A program made the translations under genes and the position numbers. A DNA stretch of 58,245 nt, taken from IMG/VR virus record IMGVR_UViG_3300022868_000022, positions 1 through 58,245 of that record; one strand, 5' to 3'. Positions 27,875 to 38,483 of the stretch are shown piece after piece; the first letter of the stretch is position 1, and each line of letters begins with the position of its first letter. Source of the DNA: a virus. Taxonomy: Duplodnaviria > Caudoviricetes. The notes beneath the pieces are model-generated. The model saw only the letters and a list, made by a program, of their open reading frames with translations, was not told the DNA's origin and did not search any database.

Positions 27875-29479
27875 ATGAGATTTATCAAATACTTACAAGA
27901 AGCATTAACTTTAAAGCAAGTCAAAGAAATCAAACCTGCTATACTGTCTAAAAAATATAAGACATATCTTAATAAAGTCTTTAAAGGTGAAGACAGGATA
28001 TACCTTGATTTTGATGCTAATAAAGAAGACATTAAACCTCCTAAGGCTATAGATAATTTTATTAAATCTAATAAGTTAAAGATTGTTAATTATAAGAAAG
28101 GTATTGTACAGTCGGGTAAAAAAATATTAAGACTTGGTAAAGTGTTGTCTAAAAATAAAGAACAAGATCTATTAAAAGTATTTATTAATGACAAGAGAAG
28201 AACTAGTGGTAAGAAAACTGATTTGCTTATAGTTATATCCAGACATCCATATGATTTAGCTGGCATGAGTACTGACCGTGGATGGACAAGTTGTATGGAC
28301 TTACAAGGTGGTATGTTTCAAAAATATATACATAAAGATATAAAATACGGTACTTTAGTAGCGTATATTATTAATACAAATGATAAAAATATTAATAAGC
28401 CTATAGGAAGGATTCTTATAAAACAATTTATAAATATAGATAATGAAAAGGATATGGTACTTTATCCAGAGAAAAAAGTTTATGGATCTGATGTCTCTGG
28501 ATTTAGAAAAAGAATTATAGCATGGCTTAAGACTTTTCAGAAGTTTAAAGGTACATATGAAATAAATCCTGAATTATATGTTGATACAGGGACAAATGTT
28601 ATAGGTTTAGGTTATAAAGATAGCTCTGACTTTAAAATAAGGGGATTATATTATCAAAATAATCCAGATGATAAAGATGCTAAAAAAGAATTTATTGATA
28701 TTATAAGAAAACAATATTATCAAAATCATCCAAATGACCCTGATGCTAAAACAGATAATGATTATGGTATTAAAAAAAGATATTATGATAACCATCCTGA
28801 AGATAAAGATGCTAAAACAGATGAATATCAAAGTATAAGAATGGAATATTATAAAAAACATCCTGAAGATAAAGATGCTAAAACAGATGAATATCAAAGT
28901 ATAAGAATGGAATATTATAAAAAACATCCTGAAGATAAAGATGCTAAAAAAGATAGTGATAATGATGTAAGAAGGATATATTATGACCATCATCCGAATG
29001 ATAAAGATGCAATAAAAGACGTTGATAGTGAAATAAGAATAACATATTATAAACATAATCCTAATGATCCTAATGCTAAAATAAATGACAATGTAAATAT
29101 AAGAAAGGCATATTATTTAAAAAATCAAGATGATAAGGATGCTAAAAAAGATAAAAGTCTTCATATAAGAAGATTTTATTATGACAATCATCCGAATGAT
29201 AAAGATGCTAAAACAGATGAATATCAAAGTATAAGAATGGAATATTATGAAAATCATCCGAATGATAAAGATGCTATGAAAGATCCTGGTAATATTGTAA
29301 GAAAACAATATTATCATAATAACCCTGAAGATAAAAATGCTAAGAAAGATGATAATACTCGCATAAGAGAATTATATTATTATAATCATCCGAATGATAA
29401 GGATGCTATGAAAGATGATTGGCATTATATAAGAAAACAATATTATGAAAATCATCCAGAAGAAGAAAAAAAGAAATAA
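27875..29479 (+). CDS. Leader-bearing protein with a globular N-domain and ~13 22-aa helical repeats
   Basis: MRFIKYLQE; ISRHPYD.AGMSTDRGWTSCM; (YYxNHPxDKDAKxDxxxxIRxx)n, with exact 66-nt copies at 28793 and 28859. Confidence 0.8.
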   Translation: MRFIKYLQEALTLKQVKEIKPAILSKKYKTYLNKVFKGEDRIYLDFDANKEDIKPPKAIDNFIKSNKLKIVNYKKGIVQSGKKILRLGKVLSKNKEQDLLKVFINDKRRTSGKKTDLLIVISRHPYDLAGMSTDRGWTSCMDLQGGMFQKYIHKDIKYGTLVAYIINTNDKNINKPIGRILIKQFINIDNEKDMVLYPEKKVYGSDVSGFRKRIIAWLKTFQKFKGTYEINPELYVDTGTNVIGLGYKDSSDFKIRGLYYQNNPDDKDAKKEFIDIIRKQYYQNHPNDPDAKTDNDYGIKKRYYDNHPEDKDAKTDEYQSIRMEYYKKHPEDKDAKTDEYQSIRMEYYKKHPEDKDAKKDSDNDVRRIYYDHHPNDKDAIKDVDSEIRITYYKHNPNDPNAKINDNVNIRKAYYLKNQDDKDAKKDKSLHIRRFYYDNHPNDKDAKTDEYQSIRMEYYENHPNDKDAMKDPGNIVRKQYYHNNPEDKNAKKDDNTRIRELYYYNHPNDKDAMKDDWHYIRKQYYENHPEEEKKK

Positions 29480-29488
29480 GGAGTACAA

Positions 29489-31177
29489 ATGACTACATTA
29501 GTCCCAGGTTATTTAGATATAGATTACAACACATATATACAAAAAATAAAAGAGCAACTTCAAGTTGACCCTGTATTTGCTGATTATAATTATGAAGGTT
29601 CTAATATAGCAATTCTTATAGAACTTATGGCATATCTTGCTGATATTAATACATTTCTTTTAAATAAATTAGCAAAAAATATTTATATTGATACTGCTGA
29701 TACATACGAAACAGTACATATGTTATCACATTTAAGAGGATATAATCCTAGTGGTTATAGATCAGCATCAACTACTGTTACAGTATCTATAGGCGCTTCT
29801 GCTGGTGTGTCTATAGGTGATACTATCTTAGTATCACCTTGGAAAACAATAACATGTCCAGATGCTACTGATACAGCAGGTAATGTTATAAAATTTTCTA
29901 CTACCGCAGAATATACAGAAACAATTCCTTTATCAGCATCATTTCCATATACCATTTCATTATATGCTAGACAAGGTGATGTTACTGAATATACATATAC
30001 TGGTGATGATATTATTAATTATAAATTGTTTTTACCTAATGAAAATTTTGATTATGATAATGATTTAGATGATCAATCACCTTCAATACAGGTTCAGATA
30101 GGTGATGATATATGGGACCGAATATCTGATTTTTATGATAATTTATCAGGTCTTTATACAGAAGATGATGTTTTTATGTTCAAATATGATAAATATGAAA
30201 AATATTTAATAGAATTTTCATCATTAAGAAATTATCCTGCTTCTACTGAAGATATTACAGTAACAGTATTAAAATCTTTAGGCGCTGCCGGTACTGTAGG
30301 TGCGGATAATATTACTTTACCGGAAACCAATTTTTTATATAATCAAACTACTTCAGCATGGTCTTCTAATGATTATTTAACAGTAACTAATACAGATGCT
30401 ACAGTAAGTTCGGCTGATCCAGAAACAATAACAGAGATTGTAAATGCTTCAACAGGTGTTATGCATTCACAATATAGAAATGTTACAGCAAAAGATTATA
30501 TATCTCATTTAGAATCAAGATCTGATGTAGATGTTGCTAACGTATGGGGTGAGCAAGAAGTAGCTCCATCTGGGAGTGTAACTGATTATAATAAAGTTTA
30601 TGTATCTGTTATACCTAATGAATGGGGAACAAGTACTATAGAAACATCAGCAGCAAGTGCTGGTATAGAAGAACCTTATGAATGGTCTGAAACATATCAA
30701 GATCTTCTTTCAGTATATCTTGAACCAAGAAAAATGCTAAGTGCTTATGAAGCTTATGAATTACCTGAATTGATTTATTTTAAAATTGATATGGGTATTA
30801 AAATTAAAAGAACGTATACATTTGCTAATGTATCTAATGATGTTAAAAATAAATTAACATACTTTTTTAGTACTACAAATAGAAGCTTTAATGAAACTAT
30901 ATCATTTATAGATATAATAGAATTCATAACAGATACTACTATTGAATCAACAACAGATGATTTTGATCAAACAAAGGGAATACAAACTCTTATAATAAGA
31001 AATATTGATGTTCTTAATGCTACAGTATATGAACCTAACACTATAGGTAATGATCCTCAATTTACTGTAGCATCATCAACATATACAGGTGAAAATAAGT
31101 TAAGAAAAATAACACTAGGTAGTAATCAATATCCTGCAATATCTATAGATGATTGTGTATTTACAGAGGAAACATAA
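29489..31177 (+). CDS. gp6: Baseplate wedge subunit gp6
   Basis: LDIDY, F.DYNYEGSN...LIEL.AY, GYNP, Q.R.VTA.DY, VWGEQE. Confidence 0.92.
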   Translation: MTTLVPGYLDIDYNTYIQKIKEQLQVDPVFADYNYEGSNIAILIELMAYLADINTFLLNKLAKNIYIDTADTYETVHMLSHLRGYNPSGYRSASTTVTVSIGASAGVSIGDTILVSPWKTITCPDATDTAGNVIKFSTTAEYTETIPLSASFPYTISLYARQGDVTEYTYTGDDIINYKLFLPNENFDYDNDLDDQSPSIQVQIGDDIWDRISDFYDNLSGLYTEDDVFMFKYDKYEKYLIEFSSLRNYPASTEDITVTVLKSLGAAGTVGADNITLPETNFLYNQTTSAWSSNDYLTVTNTDATVSSADPETITEIVNASTGVMHSQYRNVTAKDYISHLESRSDVDVANVWGEQEVAPSGSVTDYNKVYVSVIPNEWGTSTIETSAASAGIEEPYEWSETYQDLLSVYLEPRKMLSAYEAYELPELIYFKIDMGIKIKRTYTFANVSNDVKNKLTYFFSTTNRSFNETISFIDIIEFITDTTIESTTDDFDQTKGIQTLIIRNIDVLNATVYEPNTIGNDPQFTVASSTYTGENKLRKITLGSNQYPAISIDDCVFTEET

Positions 31178-33336
31178 TGAGTAAATTTATTGATATACCA
31201 TATTTTATAATGGAAGATTTTATAGATGTTATTAAACCATATGAATATGATTACCCAACAACAGGCCATCTTACAGGTCCTAAAACTGGAATAACAGCAA
31301 AGTATGGTTTTGGTCTTGATTTATGGATTAAAGATAAACAAGATGATAATATACCTGCAGCTACTAATAAATATGGTTATTATAAAATTAGAGGAATACC
31401 TATAAGTGGTACACCAACAGATAACATTTATCAATTTCATCTTGAAACTACTAATTATAGACCATCAATATTAACTGTAGATGAATTAGCATTATATGCT
31501 GGATATGATGTTTATTTTATAAAAAAAGAGCATCAAATTCGTGAATTTATTAATAATACATCTGAATATGAAGATTATGTTAATATTAATAAGATATTTT
31601 TATATTTTGGTAAATTATATCCTTTAAGCGATGGAAGTGGTAAATTTAATATAGTATGTAATAATTTTAATAATAATGCTTTAAAAGCTCTTCCTATAGG
31701 TAATAGAACAACTAATCTTAAACAATTATTTAGCTTATTTTTTGATAAGATATATAGTAAATGTTATAATTTGTCAAAAAATACATGGTCTATGGTTGAT
31801 CCAGATGAAGTTCCTGAAAAATATCTTGAATATATTTATGATATTTATGATATGAATTATTTAAGTGATTTGGATATTTTAGATAGAAGATCATATGCTG
31901 CTGCATTACCAGATTTACTTAAAAGAAAAGGAACATATTCATCATTATATATTGTTTTTAGATCTGTTATACCCTTTACATCTAATTATCTTAATGTATA
32001 TGAAAGATGGCATGATGTGTCAATAACAGAAAATATAAATGATAATTTTGAAGATCATTTATATACTTCTTATCCTGATTATGGATCAGCAACATTAAGT
32101 GCCGGAGCTGGTGCTGAATATTATGAATCATTTGGAACATATCCTGATATTGCAAGTAAAGTAATATCACCACATTATAGAACTGAAATAGATTTAAATA
32201 ATGAATCTTATGGTAATGACTATATTTTTAATGAAGATTTATCAGATCGTCTTGTAGCTGCATGGGAAGAAATAAGACCTGTATGTAAATATGCTCATTA
32301 TTCATTACTTTTATCACCAATATCAGATTTTACAGGGTCTTTTATAGCTCTTTATGATACTGGAGCTACAGTTGATACTAAATGTTGTAAACCAATAACA
32401 ATATTGGATGATAAAGTATTATATAGACGAGAAGGTGCTAGTATATCATGGGATGTTATACATAATCTTGATAGTAAAAATGTTGTAGTTCAATTTTTTA
32501 GCTTAGATTTAGAACAAATTATACCATCTAATATTGAATATTTAACAATGAATTCAATAAAAGTTACATTTGGATATGCTACATCTGGTCTTGCAGTAAT
32601 AACTTTACCAGATTATACACATACTCAATCTAGTGGTGCTTCAGCATGGTCTATAACACATTCATTAGCAGATAATTTTCCATTAATACAAATTGAAGAT
32701 TTAACAGATAGTCATTTCTTTCCATTAAATATAACATCTGATGATGCTAATAATATGACTGTAACATTTATAGAAGATACTACAGGATATGGTATTGTTG
32801 CTTCTGGTGAATACACACATACTCAATCATCTGCAAGTACTTTATGGACTGTTGAGCATGATTTAGATGCTTATGCTGTTCAAGTACAGTGTTATAATTC
32901 TAGTAATGAATTAATGTATCCAGCTACTGTAACTATAACAACAAATAATATAGTAACATTAACATTTTTTACAGCCGAAGCAGGTCATGCTGTAATAAAA
33001 GCTATTAGTAAAAGTGCATTTAGTATGTCTTCTATAACAGAAAATATTAGTTACGCTAAAGTCGGCACATCTGGTAGTAATGCATGGGATGCTATAACTA
33101 ATAATGACTTAGAATCACCTGTAGGAACATATACATATACAGCGACATTAACTTCAGATGATAATTATTATTATGTTGAATCTAATATAAATACAGCAGA
33201 AGATATGGATATAACGGAAATTGGTATATTTGATACTTCTGATGACATAATATTCTATACATTTAATAACTTACTATTTAAAAAATCAACTATTGATCTT
33301 AAATTATGGTATAGAATAGAAAGAAAATCTAATTAA
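31177..33336 (+). CDS. Baseplate wedge/tail protein (gp7/P2 gpI-like) with W-x-I-x-H-x-L repeats
   Basis: DPD.VP.KYL, L.KRKGT, IRPV; WDVIHNL/WSITHSL/WTVEHDL; ITEIGIF. Confidence 0.7.
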   Translation: MSKFIDIPYFIMEDFIDVIKPYEYDYPTTGHLTGPKTGITAKYGFGLDLWIKDKQDDNIPAATNKYGYYKIRGIPISGTPTDNIYQFHLETTNYRPSILTVDELALYAGYDVYFIKKEHQIREFINNTSEYEDYVNINKIFLYFGKLYPLSDGSGKFNIVCNNFNNNALKALPIGNRTTNLKQLFSLFFDKIYSKCYNLSKNTWSMVDPDEVPEKYLEYIYDIYDMNYLSDLDILDRRSYAAALPDLLKRKGTYSSLYIVFRSVIPFTSNYLNVYERWHDVSITENINDNFEDHLYTSYPDYGSATLSAGAGAEYYESFGTYPDIASKVISPHYRTEIDLNNESYGNDYIFNEDLSDRLVAAWEEIRPVCKYAHYSLLLSPISDFTGSFIALYDTGATVDTKCCKPITILDDKVLYRREGASISWDVIHNLDSKNVVVQFFSLDLEQIIPSNIEYLTMNSIKVTFGYATSGLAVITLPDYTHTQSSGASAWSITHSLADNFPLIQIEDLTDSHFFPLNITSDDANNMTVTFIEDTTGYGIVASGEYTHTQSSASTLWTVEHDLDAYAVQVQCYNSSNELMYPATVTITTNNIVTLTFFTAEAGHAVIKAISKSAFSMSSITENISYAKVGTSGSNAWDAITNNDLESPVGTYTYTATLTSDDNYYYVESNINTAEDMDITEIGIFDTSDDIIFYTFNNLLFKKSTIDLKLWYRIERKSN

Positions 33337-33350
33337 ACAAGGAGCATATA

Positions 33351-33965
33351 ATGTCAAGAGCACATTATTGGAGTTATTTATTAAATGAAGAAGGACAGCC
33401 TGTTGATGCAGCTAATATAACAATATATTTAGCTACTACATCTACTGCTGCTTATGTTTTTAGTGTTGAAAGTGGTGGTATAGCATCAAATACAGCACCA
33501 CAAACAACAACAAATGATGAAGGATTTTTTGAGTTTTGGATAGGAGCATCTAATGAAATTAATGGATATGATGCTGGTCAAAAATTCAAAATCACATGGT
33601 CAAGTCCTGGTACAATAAGTGATGGTGAAATAGATAATATGGAAATATTAACTGTTCCAGGTGAAGTAGATGAAACTGATACAGATACCTTAAAAAATAA
33701 ATTTGTTAGTAATTTACTAGCAAAAGGATGGTCTGCTAAAACAGATACCCTGACATCAGCTATAGCATCTGCTAGTTGGCAAGTTTCTGGAGGTGATAAT
33801 TATTATGAATTAACTCATAATCTTAATAATAGCTATCCTTTGGTAATGTTATACAATGATGCTGACAATAAAACTGATACCATAGAAGTTGAAACATTAA
33901 CAATTAATTCAGTAAGATTATGGAAGACCGATACTCCAACATGTCATGTTACAGTGATAGGATAA
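33351..33965 (+). CDS. Fibre/adaptor protein sharing its N-domain with the collagen-like protein
   Basis: ITIYLATTSTAAYVF..SGGIA...APQ...GFFEFW vs VTIYLTGTTDAAKVY..TGGIA..APQ...GLFQFY. Confidence 0.65.
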   Translation: MSRAHYWSYLLNEEGQPVDAANITIYLATTSTAAYVFSVESGGIASNTAPQTTTNDEGFFEFWIGASNEINGYDAGQKFKITWSSPGTISDGEIDNMEILTVPGEVDETDTDTLKNKFVSNLLAKGWSAKTDTLTSAIASASWQVSGGDNYYELTHNLNNSYPLVMLYNDADNKTDTIEVETLTINSVRLWKTDTPTCHVTVIG

Positions 33966-33975
33966 GAGGTATAAT

Positions 33976-34329
33976 ATGAGATTTTTAAAATATTTATCAT
34001 ACTCAGGACTAGATGAGAATACTAATAAATTTAGAATATTACGAATCAATCTTGTTAATGATAACACATGTTATAAAGACATAATACAAGAGACATGCAA
34101 AAAATATGATATAGATTCTAATAAAATATATGGTATATTGAACAGTCTTAATGATGATTTTAAAAATATTTATAAAGGTAAATTTAGATTTGAATTTTGT
34201 CTTGAAGAAGGTACTACTATAGATAATATTAAGATAAATAAAAAATATGTTAAGAGATTTAAGATTATGTTATTTGAAGCTAACAATAAATTAGCTAAAA
34301 TAAAAAAATGTGTAGAAAAGATAATATAA
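33976..34329 (+). CDS. Hypothetical protein with leader variant
   Basis: MRFLKYLSYSGLDE. Confidence 0.6.
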   Translation: MRFLKYLSYSGLDENTNKFRILRINLVNDNTCYKDIIQETCKKYDIDSNKIYGILNSLNDDFKNIYKGKFRFEFCLEEGTTIDNIKINKKYVKRFKIMLFEANNKLAKIKKCVEKII

Positions 34330-34330
34330 T

Positions 34331-34361
34331 GTTTACAATATTATATAGTATGTTGTATAAT
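34331..34361 (+). promoter_or_regulatory. Early/sigma70-type promoter
   Basis: GTTTACA-N18-TATAAT upstream of gp55. Confidence 0.6.
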
Positions 34362-34374
34362 CTAACAATACTTT

Positions 34375-34785
34375 ATGAGTAAAGAACATGCAAAATATTA
34401 TGTAAACAACAAAGACCTCCTCAAAGAAGTTATTGATTTTAAAAAAAAGGGCATTGCTTCAAATGCCCTTGCTTTAATGTTAATCAATATAGCTAAACGA
34501 TATTCTTCTAAAGGCAGTTTTGCCAGATACACATGGCGGGAAGATATGGTAAGTGAAGCGGTACTGACCTGCATCAAATACTTAAAGAATTTCAATTCTG
34601 AAAAATCTGATAATGCTTTTGCATATGTTACTCAGATATGTAAAAATTCTTTTAAAGCTTACATAAAAAAACAAACAAAACATAAAGAAATCAAAGACAT
34701 ATGTTATAAGAACAATGATATTATATTTGAAGATCAAAAAGATTATAATAAAAAAGCGATAAATTACGAATTATTGATAGGTTAA
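34375..34785 (+). CDS. gp55: Late-transcription sigma factor (T4 gp55)
   Basis: YYVNNK.LL, F..YTWREDM.SEA...C.KY..NF, N.FAY.TQI..N.F. Confidence 0.92.
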   Translation: MSKEHAKYYVNNKDLLKEVIDFKKKGIASNALALMLINIAKRYSSKGSFARYTWREDMVSEAVLTCIKYLKNFNSEKSDNAFAYVTQICKNSFKAYIKKQTKHKEIKDICYKNNDIIFEDQKDYNKKAINYELLIG

Positions 34786-34790
34786 TAAAA

Positions 34791-35804
34791 ATGTTAAATG
34801 ATAAAATGATTTTGTTTAGTGATATACATCTTGGTCTATATCAATCATCTGATATATGGCATACTGTTGTTATAGATCTTATTAATAGTATAATAGATAC
34901 ATGTGAACGTAACAATATAAAAACAATAACATTTCTTGGTGATTGGTTTGACAACAGAAAATCAATCAATGTTAAAACTCTCCAATATTCCAATGAAATA
35001 ATGGCCCTCCTTAAAGACTATCAAGTTAATATAATAGTAGGTAATCATGATACATTTTATAAAGACAGGATAAAACCATGTAGTGTTTCTATCTATAACA
35101 AATGGGATAACATTAACATAATAGATGATGCTTATGCTAATGGCAACATAATTATGTTGCCATGGTCATGTTACAAATCAGATGATATAAAAAAATATAA
35201 GAAATTTGATATAGTCATGGCACATCTTGAGCTTAATGGATTCCCGATGTCAAGTAATTATATTTTTAAAGAGCATGATAGATTAAGTGCTAAAGATTTT
35301 GAAGACTTTCATATGGTATATAGTGGGCATTTTCATATACCATCAGTCAAAAAAAATATAACGTATATTGGAGCACCATTCCAACAAACATTTAATGATA
35401 TTAATGGCATCAGAGGGTACTATATATATGACAATGGTGAAACAGAATTTATAGAGTTTACTAAATACCCAAAGTTTGTTAAAATATATAGTGATGATAT
35501 CATTGAATCTGATATTAAAGACAATATTGTTAATTTTGTATTTACTAAAGACTATGGTAAAACAGATAACAATAATATGATAGAAAAAATACAGTCTTTT
35601 GGTCCATTACAATTTAATGCTGATTTTAGTAATGTTACTGAAAAGGTTGATATAAAAGATGATGAATCTGATATGACAGTAAAAGACAATAAAGAGATTT
35701 TATTTGATACAATAAAAAATGTGGATGTTCCTGATCATATTAAAGTAAACACTCTTAAAAAAATAATTGATCATTTAATGGATGAAATGATGTATGGAAA
35801 ATAA
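34791..35804 (+). CDS. gp47: Recombination nuclease subunit (gp47, Mre11/SbcD)
   Basis: SDIHLG, LGDWFDNR, VGNHD, AHLE, SGHFH. Confidence 0.93.
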   Translation: MLNDKMILFSDIHLGLYQSSDIWHTVVIDLINSIIDTCERNNIKTITFLGDWFDNRKSINVKTLQYSNEIMALLKDYQVNIIVGNHDTFYKDRIKPCSVSIYNKWDNINIIDDAYANGNIIMLPWSCYKSDDIKKYKKFDIVMAHLELNGFPMSSNYIFKEHDRLSAKDFEDFHMVYSGHFHIPSVKKNITYIGAPFQQTFNDINGIRGYYIYDNGETEFIEFTKYPKFVKIYSDDIIESDIKDNIVNFVFTKDYGKTDNNNMIEKIQSFGPLQFNADFSNVTEKVDIKDDESDMTVKDNKEILFDTIKNVDVPDHIKVNTLKKIIDHLMDEMMYGK

Positions 35805-36204
35805 TGAAAATTTAACAGATGAAGATTATTATTTAGATAATCCTGACGGTACATTTGTTAATTCACCAAATCGTGAATTAAATGATGATGTTAATATTGC
35901 TGACTATGTCATAACAGAAAATCCGTCATGTATTACTTATACTGATAGTACTATTACTGGTACAAGTTATATTAATCCAAGTTCATATACCTATAATTAT
36001 TCTGTTTTAAGCGTTTTAGAAATATGTATGAATGTTATAATTAAAGATGGTATGTCTACATTTATGGAAAGGATATTAAAAATATTATCATCAAAAGAAA
36101 CACTAGATGATTTTAATATTATTGATATGATTAATAAGAAAGAAAAGAAAGAAAAAAAAGATAGAATAATACCTGAAAAATTATTTAAATTAGAGGATAT
36201 ATGA
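35794..36204 (+). CDS. Hypothetical protein with C-terminal IIPEKLFKL motif
   Basis: ORF overlapping neighbours. Confidence 0.6.
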   Translation: MENNENLTDEDYYLDNPDGTFVNSPNRELNDDVNIADYVITENPSCITYTDSTITGTSYINPSSYTYNYSVLSVLEICMNVIIKDGMSTFMERILKILSSKETLDDFNIIDMINKKEKKEKKDRIIPEKLFKLEDI

Positions 36205-36776
36205 GTAATAATACTACTAATAATACTACTAATGCTGTTAATCCCTTTTATTTTTTAAATAGATATGGTAGAGGTGATGCCAATATATCTGAATATCCGT
36301 ATCAATCAAATGATACTGCTAATATAAAAAAATATGATGTATGTTGCTTATTTTGTGATTACGCTACAACAAATGTTATACAAGATGATATAATATATAA
36401 TCCATTTTATATATGCGATAGATGTAAAAGATCGTGGAGACAAGAAGATAAAATTATATTATTAGAACGTATGCTGTACCATATTCATAAAGCATCATAT
36501 AATATTGATAAATTATCTAATAAGTTATATAATACAATGTATTTTCTTAAAAATGAAAAATTTATACATGATTTTCAAATAAAAAGAGATGAAATATTAA
36601 TATATATGGAAAATAATATAATAGATGGATATAATGGATATAATACTCGTTATAATACAAATGATCATAATAGTTCTTATGTATTTAAATATTATTTTGA
36701 TTTGAGATTTGGCAAAAGATTTGATATACCAAAAAAGAAGAGATTAGTACCTGATGAATTGTTTAAAATAGAATAA
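36201..36776 (+). CDS. Zn-finger-like hypothetical protein with C-terminal LVPDELFKI motif
   Basis: CLFC...CDRC. Confidence 0.6.
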   Translation: MSNNTTNNTTNAVNPFYFLNRYGRGDANISEYPYQSNDTANIKKYDVCCLFCDYATTNVIQDDIIYNPFYICDRCKRSWRQEDKIILLERMLYHIHKASYNIDKLSNKLYNTMYFLKNEKFIHDFQIKRDEILIYMENNIIDGYNGYNTRYNTNDHNSSYVFKYYFDLRFGKRFDIPKKKRLVPDELFKIE

Positions 36777-36788
36777 AGAGGATATATA

Positions 36789-37781
36789 ATGAAAAAATAT
36801 TTAGTAACTGGAAGCTCGGGTTTTATAGGATATCATCTATGTAAGAGATTATTAGATGAGGGTAAATTTGTTGTTGGAATAGACAATCAGAATGATTATT
36901 ATGATGTAGATCTTAAAATAGATAGAAATGAACAATTACAAAAATATAATAATTTTTCATGCTATTATAATGACATATCTGATAAAAAGCATGTTGATAA
37001 TATATTTAATATAGAAAGACCTGATATAGTATGTAATTTAGCAGCATATGCTGGCATACCATATTCTATGGAAAACCCTTATATATTTGAGCATGTAAAC
37101 TGTGAAGGATTCCTTAACATTATAGAAGCATCAAAAAAATATGAAGTGTCTAATTTTATATATGCTTCATCTAGTAGTATTTATGGTAAAAGTAAGTCGC
37201 CTACTAAAGAAGAAGATGATACAGAACATCCTCTTAATATTTATGCTGCATCAAAGAAATACAATGAAGTGTTAGCATATTCTTATAGTGAGTCATTTGG
37301 TATGAATTGTACAGGTCTTAGATTTTTTACATGCTATGGGCCATGGGGCAGACCAGATATGTCAATATATATCTGGACAAAGGCTATATTTGAAGATAAA
37401 GAGTTAATAATAAACAATAATGGTGAAATGTTTAGAGATTATACATATGTTGGTGATATTGTTGATGGTATAATAAGAGTTATGGATAAGCCTCAAAAAT
37501 ATGCAATATATAACTTAGGCAGAGGTGAGACAGTAAAGATTTTAGATGTTATTGAAATCATTGAAGATATTACTAATTTACAAGCAAAGAAAAAAATGGT
37601 ATCTTTACCTAAAGGTGAATTATTAACATCTTTAGCTACTATAGATAAGGCAAGTAAAGAAATTGGATATAATCCCAAGATAAGTATATCAGAAGGTGTA
37701 CAAAATTTTATTGAATGGTATGTAAATTATTTTAAGGAGAAACAATATGTTAAGATTCGAAGATGTCCCAACAGAGATTAA
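36789..37781 (+). CDS. NAD-dependent epimerase (UDP-glucuronate 4-epimerase-like)
   Basis: GSSGFIG, YASSSSIYG, YAASKK, LRFFT.YGPWGRPDM, RDYTY..DIVDG. Confidence 0.92.
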   Translation: MKKYLVTGSSGFIGYHLCKRLLDEGKFVVGIDNQNDYYDVDLKIDRNEQLQKYNNFSCYYNDISDKKHVDNIFNIERPDIVCNLAAYAGIPYSMENPYIFEHVNCEGFLNIIEASKKYEVSNFIYASSSSIYGKSKSPTKEEDDTEHPLNIYAASKKYNEVLAYSYSESFGMNCTGLRFFTCYGPWGRPDMSIYIWTKAIFEDKELIINNNGEMFRDYTYVGDIVDGIIRVMDKPQKYAIYNLGRGETVKILDVIEIIEDITNLQAKKKMVSLPKGELLTSLATIDKASKEIGYNPKISISEGVQNFIEWYVNYFKEKQYVKIRRCPNRD

Positions 37782-38214
37782 TGATATTTTTAGAGAAGTT
37801 AGAGCAGAACATTTCCCAGAACTTAGAAATGCTAATATTAAGATTCTTTATGATTTGAAAAAAAGGCAATCAAATGGTAAGATTACATTAGCAAGGATAC
37901 AAAAGACAAATGACTTATTAAGATATTTGACTATAGATGAGTCGGCAGAAAATGAAGGTCATGATTATATTATTTTTATTGATAAAAAGATTTTTGATAA
38001 TATAACAAGAGAAGAAAAAATAAAAATTTTACGTCATGAATTGAGGCATACATTAGTTGATATTGACAGTAATACGCCATATAAATTAATTCCACATGAT
38101 ATAGAAGATTTTCATGAAGAAATTGAGCTTAACAAAAATGAGCCTATGTGGAGACAAAGGCTTGCTAATTTATGTCAAGATTTGTATGGCCAAGAAGCTG
38201 ATGATAGAGAATGA
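37747..38214 (+). CDS. Putative phage metallopeptidase
   Basis: HELRH...PHDIEDF. Confidence 0.75.
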   Translation: MLRFEDVPTEINDIFREVRAEHFPELRNANIKILYDLKKRQSNGKITLARIQKTNDLLRYLTIDESAENEGHDYIIFIDKKIFDNITREEKIKILRHELRHTLVDIDSNTPYKLIPHDIEDFHEEIELNKNEPMWRQRLANLCQDLYGQEADDRE

Positions 38215-38473
38215 TTATCATAAAATAGCAGATAATATAGCCTCTCTTGTTATAGAAAAACAGATAGCTTATGGTGATTCTTTTGGTCGTTCTGGTACAG
38301 TACTTAAAGAAATGTATCCTAATGGTATAAAACCAGAACAATATAATGATATGTTGACAGTTGTAAGAATAATTGATAAATTATTTAGAATAGCTAATCA
38401 AAAGGATGCATTTAATGAGAATCCATATAATGATATTATTGGATATGGTATTCTTGGAGCCAGTACAAAATAG
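38201..38473 (+). CDS. DUF1599/nucleotide-modification-associated (MazG-like) protein
   Basis: K...YGDSF, RIIDKLFRI, DIIGYGIL. Confidence 0.65.
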   Translation: MIENDYHKIADNIASLVIEKQIAYGDSFGRSGTVLKEMYPNGIKPEQYNDMLTVVRIIDKLFRIANQKDAFNENPYNDIIGYGILGASTK

Positions 38474-38483
38474 AGAGGTTATA

